Assembly (NCBI GenBank): GCA_025993875.1
Contig: JAMQHH010000013.1
Coordinates: 95,744 to 159,743 of the forward strand
Direction of reading: 5' to 3'
Source: Candidatus Dojkabacteria bacterium
GTDB taxonomy: Bacteria > Patescibacteriota > Dojkabacteria > J137
DNA length: 64,000 nt
Positions 26,593 to 36,438 of the stretch are shown in pieces. Positions within the stretch are counted from its first letter, which is position 1, and every line of letters starts with the position of its first letter. Below the pieces are notes generated by a model. The model was not told the DNA's origin. It worked only from the letters and a program-made list of their open reading frames with translations, and did not search any database. The position numbers were made by a program, and so were the translations under genes.

Positions 26593-28278
26593 TCACCTCT
26601 GCTTAATTTTATTTTCCCAACAAGCTTTAATGAATTCTATAAAAACAGGATGGGCTTTTAAAGGTTTTGATTTGTATTCCGGATGCGCCTGCGTTGCAAA
26701 AAAGAACGGATGAACATTTTGAGAAAGCTCAATCATCTCTACAAAAAAATTATCGGGGGATGCACCACTAAAAACAATTCCTTTTTCTTCCAGAGTTTTT
26801 CTATATACGTTATTAAATTCAAATCTATGCCTGTGGCGTTCAGATACAATAATGCTGCCGTCTTTATTTTTTTTCAAAACAAAATTCGGATATTTAGAAT
26901 AAATTTTATATGCCAGTGTATCTTTTTTAATTACGCAATCGAAGGCGCCTAACCTCATGGAAACATCTTTACCTTTTATTTTTTGGTATTTAGAATCGAA
27001 CGGAATACTATGAACAATTAAGTGACTGCTTTTGGGGTCGATCTCTTCGGATGAAGCATCTTGCCATTTCAGTAAGTTCCGGCTGTATTCGACTGCAGCA
27101 AGTTGCATTCCGTAACAAAGACCTAAATATGGAACTTTCTTTGTTCTTGAAAAATTAATCGCAGAAATTTTTCCCTCCACACCCCGTTTGCCCCACCCTA
27201 TCGGCACTATTATTCCATCAGAATCTTTTAAGAATTTGTTTGCTCCAGATTTTTCAATCTCCTCTGTATTTACAAAATTAATATCAACACCGATGCCTGT
27301 ATGCCAGCTTGCATGTTTTACTGCATGAATAAGCGAATTATATGCATCGGGCAGTTCGTATTTTCCTGTAGCAATATATTTTCCGGCAATTGTAATTTTT
27401 ACTCTGTTTTTTCTTTGTTTTGTAACTATTTTTACAAGATTGTCCCAGGCTTTAAAATTAATTTTCTTTACTGGCAGATTAAGATTTTTTAGAACTTTTA
27501 CATCAAAATTCTGCTCTTTAAAACTGTTTGGCAACTGATAAACGCTTTTTAAATTTAAATTTTTGATTATAGAGTCTTTATGTAAATTACATTGAACAGC
27601 TACCTTTTCCATCCTCTTATCGTCTATATCGTTACTGCTTCTTAAAACTAAAAATTCAGGTTGAATTCCCGCCATGTTTAAAAACCGTATTGATAGCTGA
27701 GTTGGCTTTGTTTTGGGCTCTCCCAGGTGAGGTGGAACAGGAACATAGCTCAGATGAATATGAACAACATCCTGTGGAGATTCTAGTTTCATTAATCGTG
27801 CAGCTTCGTAATTATAAATGTTTTGATATTCTCCAGCAGTGCCTCCAAGTTCAACCATACAAATTTCGTAGCTGCTTCCAGCTTCTTTTATTCTTCGAAT
27901 AATTTCGGTTGGGATAATAGGAATTGCGTCTACGGTCTTTCCACCATAAACCATATTTCTTTCGTTATCAATAATAGTCTTATAGATCTGCCCCATTGTT
28001 ATAAAATTTTTGTACCCCACATCAATTTCTAAAAATCTTTCGTATGTACCTAAATCCATATCGGCCTCGAGACCGTCATTACATAAAAAAGGATCACCAT
28101 GCTCTATAGGATTTATTGTGCCGGAATCTATGTTTAAATATGTTTCGCTTTTTACTGCCCCAACATTGTATCCTCGATCTTTTAAAAGCCTTCCCAGCGA
28201 AGCCGATGTGATTCCTTTACCAATGCCCGAAATAACTCCACCCGAAATAAAAATATATTTAGTTTTGTTTTCTTTCAT
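26593..28278 (-). CDS. pyrG: CTP synthase
   Basis: N-terminal KYIFISGGVISGIGKGITSASLGRLL...DLGTYERFL. C-terminal GATase LGLCYGMQLAAVEY. 561 aa. Confidence 0.9.
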   Translation of the reverse strand: MKENKTKYIFISGGVISGIGKGITSASLGRLLKDRGYNVGAVKSETYLNIDSGTINPIEHGDPFLCNDGLEADMDLGTYERFLEIDVGYKNFITMGQIYKTIIDNERNMVYGGKTVDAIPIIPTEIIRRIKEAGSSYEICMVELGGTAGEYQNIYNYEAARLMKLESPQDVVHIHLSYVPVPPHLGEPKTKPTQLSIRFLNMAGIQPEFLVLRSSNDIDDKRMEKVAVQCNLHKDSIIKNLNLKSVYQLPNSFKEQNFDVKVLKNLNLPVKKINFKAWDNLVKIVTKQRKNRVKITIAGKYIATGKYELPDAYNSLIHAVKHASWHTGIGVDINFVNTEEIEKSGANKFLKDSDGIIVPIGWGKRGVEGKISAINFSRTKKVPYLGLCYGMQLAAVEYSRNLLKWQDASSEEIDPKSSHLIVHSIPFDSKYQKIKGKDVSMRLGAFDCVIKKDTLAYKIYSKYPNFVLKKNKDGSIIVSERHRHRFEFNNVYRKTLEEKGIVFSGASPDNFFVEMIELSQNVHPFFFATQAHPEYKSKPLKAHPVFIEFIKACWENKIKQR

Positions 28279-28421
28279 GAAACAATTATAAGAAGTATCT
28301 AAAATGTTAATAGTTTTTAGTGAGTAAGTAAATATCCTGTAAAATTCTTTTCTAAATATATTGACATTTACCTAAATTTACTTAACAATGTATTTAGCAC
28401 TTATTTTTTATATTTTTCTAA

Positions 28422-28514
28422 ATGGCAGCAAAAAAGAAAACAGTCAAGAAAGCTGTAAAGAAAGTAGCAAAGAAAGCTACAAAGAAAGTTGCAAAAAAGA
28501 AATCCAAAAGATAG
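28422..28514 (+). CDS. Unannotated 30-aa Lys/Ala-rich small basic protein (MAAKKKTVKKAVKKVAKKATKKVAKKKSKR)
   Basis: ATG at 28422, stop TAG at 28512-28514, below the ORF-track size cut-off. Followed immediately by a strong terminator hairpin. Histone-H1-tail-like AKKA repeats. Confidence 0.4.
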   Translation: MAAKKKTVKKAVKKVAKKATKKVAKKKSKR

Positions 28515-28534
28515 TTTTTCTTTTTTTGTAAACG

Positions 28535-28568
28535 AAAAACTACTGAATAAAATCAGTAGTTTTTTTTT
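28535..28568. terminator. Rho-independent terminator (hairpin AAAAACTACTGA-ATAAAA-TCAGTAGTTTTT plus T-run)
   Basis: Perfect 12-bp inverted repeat followed by T8 on the + strand. The 3' half overlaps the last codons of the convergent prmC gene. Confidence 0.5.
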
Positions 28569-29307
28569 GCGTTGCAGTGTAAATCCAAAATCTTAATTTT
28601 TTGTTTACATCATTTTTTATTTTTACTTTGAAGCCCTTTACAGCAATAGGTTTAATATGCGTATCATCTACTTCTAAAATCATTATTCCGTTACTTGCCA
28701 AGTAAAGCTGAGCTTTCTTTAAAAATTTTTTTATAAGCGCTAACCCATCTTCGCCTCCGTTTAACGCTAAATAAGGTTCATAATTTTTTACGCTTTTTGG
28801 CAGTTTTGAGATTCTATCTTTTGGAATATATGGCAAATTTGCCACAATAAGATCTAATCTATTTTTTAGGCTTTCCGGAAAATTATTGAAAAGATCAGAT
28901 TTTAAAACATGCAGATTATGGTCTTTTCTTTTTTCGGTTTTTAATAAACCGTTTACATTTTCCTGAGCGACCTTAAGAGCTTTGTCGGATATATCGCTAA
29001 GATATCCTGTAACTTTTTTTGTTTTACTTAACTCCAAAAACAGTGTTATTCCAATAGCTCCCGAACCCGTACCTACATCCGCGAATTTAATGTTTTTTTT
29101 CTTTTTTATATTTTTTATAACAATAGAAACTATTTCTTCAGTTTCGATTCGGGGGATTAAAACGTTTTTATTTACTTTAAAATATCTGTTATAAAATAAT
29201 GCCTTTTCTGTTATATATTCTACAGGTATATTTTTGGGGTTTACAGAAAAAGGGTCTATACCAAATTTAATTAGCTCAGTTAACTCGTAGGAGGAAAATT
29301 TTCGCAT
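28540..29307 (-). CDS. prmC: Release-factor glutamine N5-methyltransferase (HemK/PrmC-like)
   Basis: N-terminal PVEYITEKALFYNRYFKVNKNVLIPRIETEEIV matches the HemK substrate-binding region. SAM motif DVGTGSGAIG. (N)PPY-type motif appears as IVANLPYIP. Confidence 0.7.
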   Translation of the reverse strand: MRKFSSYELTELIKFGIDPFSVNPKNIPVEYITEKALFYNRYFKVNKNVLIPRIETEEIVSIVIKNIKKKKNIKFADVGTGSGAIGITLFLELSKTKKVTGYLSDISDKALKVAQENVNGLLKTEKRKDHNLHVLKSDLFNNFPESLKNRLDLIVANLPYIPKDRISKLPKSVKNYEPYLALNGGEDGLALIKKFLKKAQLYLASNGIMILEVDDTHIKPIAVKGFKVKIKNDVNKKLRFWIYTATQKKTTDFIQ

Positions 29308-29309
29308 TT

Positions 29310-29720
29310 CTAGTTTCTAAATATACTTCCACCTTTTTGGCTTTTTCCTTTAACGTCTTGAGACTCATCTTTCATCTCCTTTAAGATGTTTACAAGTTTT
29401 AACTTACGACCGTTATGTTTTACCTCTTCTCTTGAAGTCTCGAGAAGTTCTATTCTAATCATCTCTCTAATTAAATCAAGCCTTTCTTTAGAAGTAGAAA
29501 TTTTTTCTGAAAGCTCGTGGATTGTTTCATCTTCTTTAATTTTCTCTCTAAGTTCTTTCGATTTTTTTGTTAATTTTTCCAGCTCTCTAACTTCTTCTTT
29601 TTGAGCTCTATAGTCTTTTAAATCGTTTCTTAAAGTTCTTATAACACCTTTTAACTTAAAGTACTCCTCTACTTTGTTAAGATTTGGATTTGACAAAAGT
29701 TCATCCTGTGGATTACCCAT
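29310..29720 (-). CDS. Hypothetical coiled-coil protein
   Basis: 136 aa, highly charged heptad-like sequence. Ends 3 nt after the prmC start. Confidence 0.3.
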   Translation of the reverse strand: MGNPQDELLSNPNLNKVEEYFKLKGVIRTLRNDLKDYRAQKEEVRELEKLTKKSKELREKIKEDETIHELSEKISTSKERLDLIREMIRIELLETSREEVKHNGRKLKLVNILKEMKDESQDVKGKSQKGGSIFRN

Positions 29721-29763
29721 AATAAAAAAAGATTAATTAAACTTGATTGTAACCTTAGCAAAA

Positions 29764-32700
29764 TTACTGTATTACAATATAATCCCCAATTATATCAGAA
29801 GCTAGGGGTTCTACAAAGTTGACTGTAAATTTTCCTTCTGTTTTTTCTATCCAGTACTGTGGTACTAGAGAATTGAATGTAACAAAAACTTTGCTTGTAG
29901 TATCAAATTCCTCAATTATCACTTCGATTTTATCTAAGCCAGCAGCACCTGCTATCTCTCCACTACTTTTTTCGGTTAAGGCTAACTTTTCGATATAAGC
30001 GCTTGTTGCTTTTAACTCCGCCACATTTAACGATCCATTTATTATCAAAACAGATTCTGATATATTAATTAAATCCGAAATACCAAGGATCTTTGCCTTT
30101 TGCTCCTCTGTAAATTCGTTTCCGGGAATTACAATAGCAGCAAGTTGTGATTTTAATAAATTAATCTCTTCTTGTAAGAGATTAATTTTAGCCTCTATAG
30201 GGTTTAAATCTGTTTTTTCGGTTGGAAGATTATTTCTACTTACCAATACATTTATTATATCCGTACTTTCGGTTTGATCTTCCATTGCAACTCCAAGTGT
30301 TAGATCGCCGGCAAATGCTTTCATACCATGTCCCGGCATATCCGAAACAGTTACAAAATCCCCTCTTTTAATTAAGCCGTTTTGATCGTTTACTTTGGTC
30401 GGTAAAACACCGGATAATCCCACAGGATAAGAACGGGAATTCTTAAAAGGAGTATTTCCCATTACAATTGTCGGATTAGTAGAGATAATTCCTATTGCTT
30501 TATCGTTTTTTGAAGCTGTTTTTGAAATTTGTTTCCAGTCTCCATTAATATTTTCTCCCGAAAGCTTTACAATTTCTCCTCTATATAAACTTTCGGCAGA
30601 AGAAAATGTTTCTGCAATGTCGCAGCCATCTACTCCACCGTCACCGCCATCACTGTCACCACAGGCACCGGTCATTGTAACCGCCCCTGCAATGTTTAAT
30701 GTGCCATCCTCGGTTACTATATCATTAGCGCCTTCTGCCCCACCGTTAGAAAAATATATTCCATTTGTTCCTGTTCTAACAATTTGTAATTCTGTTGTCC
30801 CCGCACCTGCAAGATAAAGACCTACACTGCTACTGGTGGCTCCGGTTACCGAACCTATGTACATTCCATAAGAATTTGTTGCTGCTCCGGAAAGACCTCC
30901 TACGTACACACCGTAATTTGTGTTGGTTCCACCACTAAATGGATCTACATAAACACCTGCCATCATATCTCCCGCTGTTAATCCACCTGCAAAGCTTACG
31001 TAATTTCCTATAACAAATCCGGAAGCTGCACCAGCTCCCATTAACAGCTGCTGCCCAACAAAGTTCCCTGTTAATGTACCTGGGGATAATGAATTATAAA
31101 TTCCAAATCCGTGGGTTCCGCTACCGTTATTCGTAAACTGGTTGTAAATGCCATACATTGTGCTGACTCCATCATTATTAGTAACGTAATTTGTTATTCC
31201 TGCAAAGGTAGATACGCTTCCGTTATTTGTAGAAGAGTTCGAAAGTGTTTCTACAAATCCAAGCGAAGCTGCTACCGGAACGGTAAGCGAATTTCTAACA
31301 GGAAAATAATTTCCTGCAAGGGGAGTGTTAGTGCTACTGTTTATTTCTAAAATAGAATCTGCATATACTCCTGCATCGAAAATTGCTACCCGACTGTTAC
31401 TTGCAGCGATACTTCCATTTAAAACATTTAAAGCCGAGTCGCCTGTGTCCCAGTAAAAATTGGCTGAAGCACCAAAAGAACCGGAGCTATTAAATTGTAT
31501 TTCACTATCATTTCCTGCAGGAGTTCCTCCACCCCCTGCGGCAAGTAAATCAACATTAGTAGACCCGTCATAAAAGTAAAGTTCAGAGCCGTTCCACCAT
31601 AAATCACCCGATACGGGAGCGGATGGATCAAATCCGCTTGGAATTCTTAAGCTGGAAAGTGCAGTTGTGGAAGCACCAAGCCTTGTAAGACCGGCATCGA
31701 CCCATATAGATGCATTAGTGCCGCTTCCTCCGCTGGCTCCTTCAATATATAATCCGTAAGAACTGGATGAACCTGTTCCCACGATCTCACCAAGATAAAC
31801 ACCAAAGTTAGAAACTGTTCCTCCTGAAAGTTCATCAATTTTTACGCCATAAACACCATTGGCAACTGAAAGGGTTGCACCTGCAAAATTAATCTGTGAA
31901 CCAATAAGATCTCCGCTTATTGTTGAGTCCCCTACAGCAAGATAATTACCTACAAAGTTTCCGGAAGCTGTACCAGGAGTTACAGTTGTATAAATTCCGT
32001 ACCCGTTTCCTATTGTCCAGTTATTCAAAACTTCGTTGTAAACACCAAACATAGATGTTACACCACTAATGTTATTCATGTAATTACGAATACCATAATA
32101 ATCCGTAATAATACCCCAATTTGCAGATAAATTATAAATAGAAGCAGCTGTGCCAAGAGTTGCTGATGAATCAATTGTATTATCATTATAAATCGGATAG
32201 AAATTACCAGATGTTGGAACATTAGCTAAACCGTAAATGTTTAAAATTCTTTCGGCATTAGTTGTGCCATCTAAAAGAGATAATCTTCCTGTTTCTGCAA
32301 TAATATTGCCGGTAACATGTAAAGCCTCGGACGGTGTGTTAGTCCCTATCCCTAGCATTGCGTTTCCTAAGCCACTACGTGCAAATGCAAAAAGCTCATC
32401 ACCTGTTCCAGGATCTCTTAAAATAAGCTTTCCGGGCCCAGCAGCGCTACTATCATCTGTTGACTGAAAATACCATTGATTTGCTCCGGAATACGAATTT
32501 TCAAAAAACAATCCTAGTCCATCACCCAGACTTCCTCTTATACTTAACCCTCTGTCACAACATGGACTTCCATCGGTATCTACCACAAGTGTTTTATTCC
32601 CTCCGTTGGTTCCTACCCCCAGCCAGTTATTTGTATTATCCCAAAACAAATCAGAAGAGGCTCCAAAAGATCCGGAATTATTGAATTGAATCTCGCCATT

Positions 32701-34596
32701 GGCTCCCGCAGGGGTTCCTCCGCCTCCGGCCAATAAGTTTACATTACTCGAACCATTGTAGAAATAAAGTTGAGTTCCGTTCCACCACAAATCTCCGGAA
32801 ACCGGTGAGGACGGATCAGTACCTGCTGCAACTCTAACTGACGAATTGGAAGCCGTAGACGGGGCAAGCCTTGTAAGGCCACTATTAACCCACACAGTTG
32901 CATTTTGAGTAGTAGCTCCGCTTGCACCTGCCAGGTATAACCCATAGCTTTCATCTCCTCCCGTTACTGTTGAAACATGTATTCCATAATTTTTAGCTGT
33001 CGCAGGTGTAGTACCTCCTGCTAAATCAAGTTTTAATCCATAGTTAAAGGTGGTTGCATCAAATCCTATGCTGTAACTTGCGCCATACAGGTTAGTCGGT
33101 CTTATTCCCAAACCATAAACATCACTCATTGCAATTTTAGTTCCGTATGCTTCACCGGTAATATCTCCCCCTAAATTGATTGACCCAAGAAGTCCCACAA
33201 CCATACCATCGCTATTTGCAGATGCATACTGATCAACTCGGTAATTAATTCCGCCAAGAGCCGATCCCAGTCCTCCCGAAGTAGCGGTACCTTCCAAATG
33301 TCTTGTCCATAAATAAAGACCTCTTACCCCTTCTTCAGTATTGCCGGTGTTATCTGATCTTCCGTATATTGCTGCTACCTGCCCCTTTTGAGTTAAAGAT
33401 CTGTTATCCGAAACAAAAGAGCCACCAAAGGATCCATATGCAGTACCACCTGTTGTGGCTAAAACAGATCCGCTATAAAAAGTTGAAAATCCATGAATTC
33501 CTGCGGCAGAAGATGTGCTTTCGCCGGTTGATGTATATTCTATTCTTCCTGCTACTCCCCTTAGTTCTCCTGGTGTGTTGGAACTTCCTGTATTAACAAC
33601 CGACCTAATCCCCTGTGTTAAACCTGTACTGTTATTTGTTGCATTTACAAAAACAGGGTATAAATCCCCCGATGTCTGATTATTTGTTGAGTTATCAATT
33701 TTTAAGATTGAGTTTTGCGAAGGGGTGGCGTCCCAAAGTGCTAGCCTTCCGCCTGTACCTGAATTTGTAGAAACAACTACATTGCCACCTGCAACAGAAA
33801 GTAACTCCAATGGTGTTTGCGTTCCAATTCCAATGTTGCCGTTTTCATTAACATTTAATCTAGATACTCCTGCTGTAAAAAAGTCTATTCCGTTAGAGCT
33901 GCTTTGTACGGATTTGGTATTTGAAAAAAATATATCAGTATCGGCAGTTAAATCAATTCTCTGATTTAATGGGCTTAAAGCAAAAGTGTTAGCACCATTT
34001 AAAACAGAGAGGTTTCCGTTTGTCGATACATTAAGCCGCGAAGCTCCATTAAAATTTAATCCTAATATATTTCCATCTCCTCCATATGAATTAACGGAAT
34101 ATGCTGTCTCACCAGTACTGATTGTTGCCGGACCCAAATTTCTTGCTCGTAAAGCAAATGCTTCTGCCGTAATTTTACGCCTTGGTTTAAACTCCTCTTC
34201 AAAACCTCCGCCACAAGTTGCAGTTCCGTCTCCTGCTGTTGTATTAGCATCAAAACAAACCTGTAAATATAGTTCGGAATTTGTCTCGAAAATAGATGAA
34301 GGCATGCTTACATTCTCTCCTAAATTAACACTAATTCCGCCAAGCCTCGAGCCAACTCCCAAAACTGTTTCCGCCCATAAAGGTGTTCCGCCTGTTTTAG
34401 AACTGAAAATTATAAATCTAAAATTATAGCTCCCATCTGTGAGTGCTTCCTGCTTATTATTAATTATAGATGTTTTAAAGTTAATTACCTCATTAGAAGG
34501 AGAAGCCAAAACTCTCGGCGAAAAAAAGAATGTTATCCCTAAAAAGGTTGCTAGAGTTATTATTTTTTTCATATTTTTATACATTAACCTGTGCAA
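29764..34596 (-). CDS. Giant secreted Gly/Ser/Thr/Asn-rich surface protein (1610 aa) with internal repeats and a C-terminal coiled coil
   Basis: Signal peptide (..MKKIITLATFLGITFFFSPRVLA). Two about 70-aa repeat units (..PVSGDLWWNG[T/S][Q/E]LYFY[N/D]GS[S/T]NV[N/D]LLAGGGGTPAG..EIQFN[N/S]SGSFGAS..). Composition typical of beta-helix or fibre-like adhesins. Confidence 0.6.
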   Translation of the reverse strand: MHRLMYKNMKKIITLATFLGITFFFSPRVLASPSNEVINFKTSIINNKQEALTDGSYNFRFIIFSSKTGGTPLWAETVLGVGSRLGGISVNLGENVSMPSSIFETNSELYLQVCFDANTTAGDGTATCGGGFEEEFKPRRKITAEAFALRARNLGPATISTGETAYSVNSYGGDGNILGLNFNGASRLNVSTNGNLSVLNGANTFALSPLNQRIDLTADTDIFFSNTKSVQSSSNGIDFFTAGVSRLNVNENGNIGIGTQTPLELLSVAGGNVVVSTNSGTGGRLALWDATPSQNSILKIDNSTNNQTSGDLYPVFVNATNNSTGLTQGIRSVVNTGSSNTPGELRGVAGRIEYTSTGESTSSAAGIHGFSTFYSGSVLATTGGTAYGSFGGSFVSDNRSLTQKGQVAAIYGRSDNTGNTEEGVRGLYLWTRHLEGTATSGGLGSALGGINYRVDQYASANSDGMVVGLLGSINLGGDITGEAYGTKIAMSDVYGLGIRPTNLYGASYSIGFDATTFNYGLKLDLAGGTTPATAKNYGIHVSTVTGGDESYGLYLAGASGATTQNATVWVNSGLTRLAPSTASNSSVRVAAGTDPSSPVSGDLWWNGTQLYFYNGSSNVNLLAGGGGTPAGANGEIQFNNSGSFGASSDLFWDNTNNWLGVGTNGGNKTLVVDTDGSPCCDRGLSIRGSLGDGLGLFFENSYSGANQWYFQSTDDSSAAGPGKLILRDPGTGDELFAFARSGLGNAMLGIGTNTPSEALHVTGNIIAETGRLSLLDGTTNAERILNIYGLANVPTSGNFYPIYNDNTIDSSATLGTAASIYNLSANWGIITDYYGIRNYMNNISGVTSMFGVYNEVLNNWTIGNGYGIYTTVTPGTASGNFVGNYLAVGDSTISGDLIGSQINFAGATLSVANGVYGVKIDELSGGTVSNFGVYLGEIVGTGSSSSYGLYIEGASGGSGTNASIWVDAGLTRLGASTTALSSLRIPSGFDPSAPVSGDLWWNGSELYFYDGSTNVDLLAAGGGGTPAGNDSEIQFNSSGSFGASANFYWDTGDSALNVLNGSIAASNSRVAIFDAGVYADSILEINSSTNTPLAGNYFPVRNSLTVPVAASLGFVETLSNSSTNNGSVSTFAGITNYVTNNDGVSTMYGIYNQFTNNGSGTHGFGIYNSLSPGTLTGNFVGQQLLMGAGAASGFVIGNYVSFAGGLTAGDMMAGVYVDPFSGGTNTNYGVYVGGLSGAATNSYGMYIGSVTGATSSSVGLYLAGAGTTELQIVRTGTNGIYFSNGGAEGANDIVTEDGTLNIAGAVTMTGACGDSDGGDGGVDGCDIAETFSSAESLYRGEIVKLSGENINGDWKQISKTASKNDKAIGIISTNPTIVMGNTPFKNSRSYPVGLSGVLPTKVNDQNGLIKRGDFVTVSDMPGHGMKAFAGDLTLGVAMEDQTESTDIINVLVSRNNLPTEKTDLNPIEAKINLLQEEINLLKSQLAAIVIPGNEFTEEQKAKILGISDLINISESVLIINGSLNVAELKATSAYIEKLALTEKSSGEIAGAAGLDKIEVIIEEFDTTSKVFVTFNSLVPQYWIEKTEGKFTVNFVEPLASDIIGDYIVIQ

Positions 34597-35785
34597 ATTT
34601 ATTTTCTAAGTTGTTAAATTTTCCTAAAACAGGATCCATTAATATTTTAAAATCAACCCATCCTTCGCTAACTACATTTGTTTCTACCATTTTTAGTTCC
34701 GAATTTACTTTTGGCCTGTTTTGCAAAACAGAGGGAAAACTGTATCCGTTTATATAACAGGATAGATAATATTTACCGGGTTTTAATAAAAACCCAAACC
34801 TTCCGCTTCCGTCTGCAATCTGAGTGTCCTGTAAAATATTTTTATCACTATAAAGCCTAACTATTGCACCTGCGATTCTTAAATTTGTTGAACTATCAAT
34901 AATTAATCCCCAGTTATTTTTACGGCTTAGAATGTATTTGGCAAACAAATAAGTGCCAATCATAACAATATAAAAAATTAGAAGAAGAGATTCCAGTGTT
35001 CCTTTATTAAAATAGTAGGCTATTAGGGATAAAATTAAGCCAATAATTGAAACTACAAGGCTATTTTTGTACGCCCATATTCTAAAATCTTTAAAAACTC
35101 TTGCAATAAAATTCTGAGCGTAATTATATGGAAGTGTGCTTAGTCCAATATCTTCGGCAAAAGATTCTTCTCTTCCGATAATTTCGATATCTTTAATAAA
35201 TGTCTCGTAGTTGGGGTGCATTACTTGTATTCTGTATCTTCCTCCTGATAGTGGAAGAGAATACCTTCCATCCAGGTCGGAAATTTTTTGTCCGACAAAT
35301 TTAGTTGTTTGATGTTGGTACGCTTTTACAATGGCCATCGAAACAGGTTTTTTTGTTCTAAAATCGTAAATTATTCCGGAGTATCTTTTCTTTTTACTTA
35401 AAACAGCACTTAAAAATAATATTAGAAGATTTGGTGATAATAATAACGGTAAAAGTGTAAGCAATAATGGTAAAGCCGGTAAAGCCGAAACAAGTGAAAA
35501 ATTATCCGAAATAGCCGATAAAATTGCAGTTGTTTGCTCTGCTTTTTCTAAATTTTCGGGGGTAAGTTCTCCAATAGAATTTTGGAGCTGGTTAATTTGA
35601 TTTAGCACGCTCTCATCTACATTTGTTGTTTGATTGTTAACTGTTACAGCGGTATCCGAAAATTCGTAGTATAAAGTGTCTTCAGTAGAACTTTTACTTG
35701 TTTCTTCTGATTGAGCAACAACACTATAATTAAAAAAAAGTACAAAAAGAAACATAATAGCAGGTAATAATGCTCTTTTTTTCAT
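34577..35785 (-). CDS. Membrane protein with two carboxypeptidase-regulatory-like (Ig-like) modules, translationally coupled to the giant protein gene
   Basis: 402 aa. Signal peptide and internal TM segments. DLDGRYSLPL...RYRIQV and ADGSGRFGF..KPGKYYL resemble CarboxypepD_reg-type beta-sandwich motifs. Its stop overlaps the downstream giant ORF start. Confidence 0.4.
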   Translation of the reverse strand: MKKRALLPAIMFLFVLFFNYSVVAQSEETSKSSTEDTLYYEFSDTAVTVNNQTTNVDESVLNQINQLQNSIGELTPENLEKAEQTTAILSAISDNFSLVSALPALPLLLTLLPLLLSPNLLILFLSAVLSKKKRYSGIIYDFRTKKPVSMAIVKAYQHQTTKFVGQKISDLDGRYSLPLSGGRYRIQVMHPNYETFIKDIEIIGREESFAEDIGLSTLPYNYAQNFIARVFKDFRIWAYKNSLVVSIIGLILSLIAYYFNKGTLESLLLIFYIVMIGTYLFAKYILSRKNNWGLIIDSSTNLRIAGAIVRLYSDKNILQDTQIADGSGRFGFLLKPGKYYLSCYINGYSFPSVLQNRPKVNSELKMVETNVVSEGWVDFKILMDPVLGKFNNLENKFAQVNV

Positions 35786-35979
35786 TGGCCTAGATACACT
35801 GATTTATTATAAACTTCTTAATCCTAATATACAGAAATTAAAAAATTTTGCAAGCTGGTGTAAATTTTTTTTTCTTTAATATCTTTAAAATTTTTTGAGA
35901 AAATCTGATTAAAAAATGTATAGGAAAAACTATATATAAAAGAGTATAATTTATTAATATATCTTATTACAAAATTTTA

Positions 35980-36231
35980 ATGAAATTTTCACAAAAGTTA
36001 AAACAGTTGAGAAAGCAAAAGGGCCTTTCCCAAACTGATCTTGCGAAGGGTTGTAAAGTCCCTTTTTATACTATTGTGGCACTCGAAAATGATAGAAGCA
36101 ATGTACCTTTAATTACTACAGTGCTTAAGTTTTCCAAATATTTTAAAATCTCTGTAGAGGAATTAATAAAAGGGGTAAAGTTTGTTTCCTCAACCGGTGT
36201 TGTTTCAAAAAAGAGTTCTAAGAGAAAATAG
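35980..36231 (+). CDS. XRE-family HTH transcriptional regulator
   Basis: LKQLRKQKGLSQTDLAKGCKVPFYTIVALENDRSNVPLITTVLKFSKYFKISVEELI. Cro/C1-type HTH. Confidence 0.7.
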   Translation: MKFSQKLKQLRKQKGLSQTDLAKGCKVPFYTIVALENDRSNVPLITTVLKFSKYFKISVEELIKGVKFVSSTGVVSKKSSKRK

Positions 36232-36268
36232 GTAAAGATAACTGGGAAATTTTGTCTATCTTAAAAAT

Positions 36269-36342
36269 GCTTCATGCAGGAGTCGAACCTGCAACCACTC
36301 GTTCCGAAGACGAGTGCTCTATCCAATTGAGCTAATGAAGCT
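36269..36342 (-). tRNA. tRNA-Arg (anticodon UCG)
   Basis: Reverse complement GCTTCATTAGCTCAATTGGATAGAGCACTCGTCTTCGGAACGAGTGGTTGCAGGTTCGACTCCTGCATGAAGCA. Anticodon loop CTTCGGA. Confidence 0.85.
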
Positions 36343-36438
36343 GTATGGGACAACCCACCACAGATGGACTAATTATACCATTTGTTTACATCTTTTTTTA
36401 AAAATGATACAGTTTGTTTACTGTGATTAAATAATTTT

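Noticed and set aside
31000-33500. Repeated sequence that might be a CRISPR array or DNA-level tandem repeat
   Set aside because: The repetition is at the protein level, as two diverged about 70-aa units inside one ORF. No short identical direct repeats with unique spacers occur anywhere in the window.
30617-34429. Several 60-150-aa plus-strand ORFs (30617-30817, 31111-31350, 32237-32684, 33303-34429)
   Set aside because: All are antisense to the 1610-aa giant-protein gene and mirror its Gly/Ser/Thr-rich repeats. No independent support.
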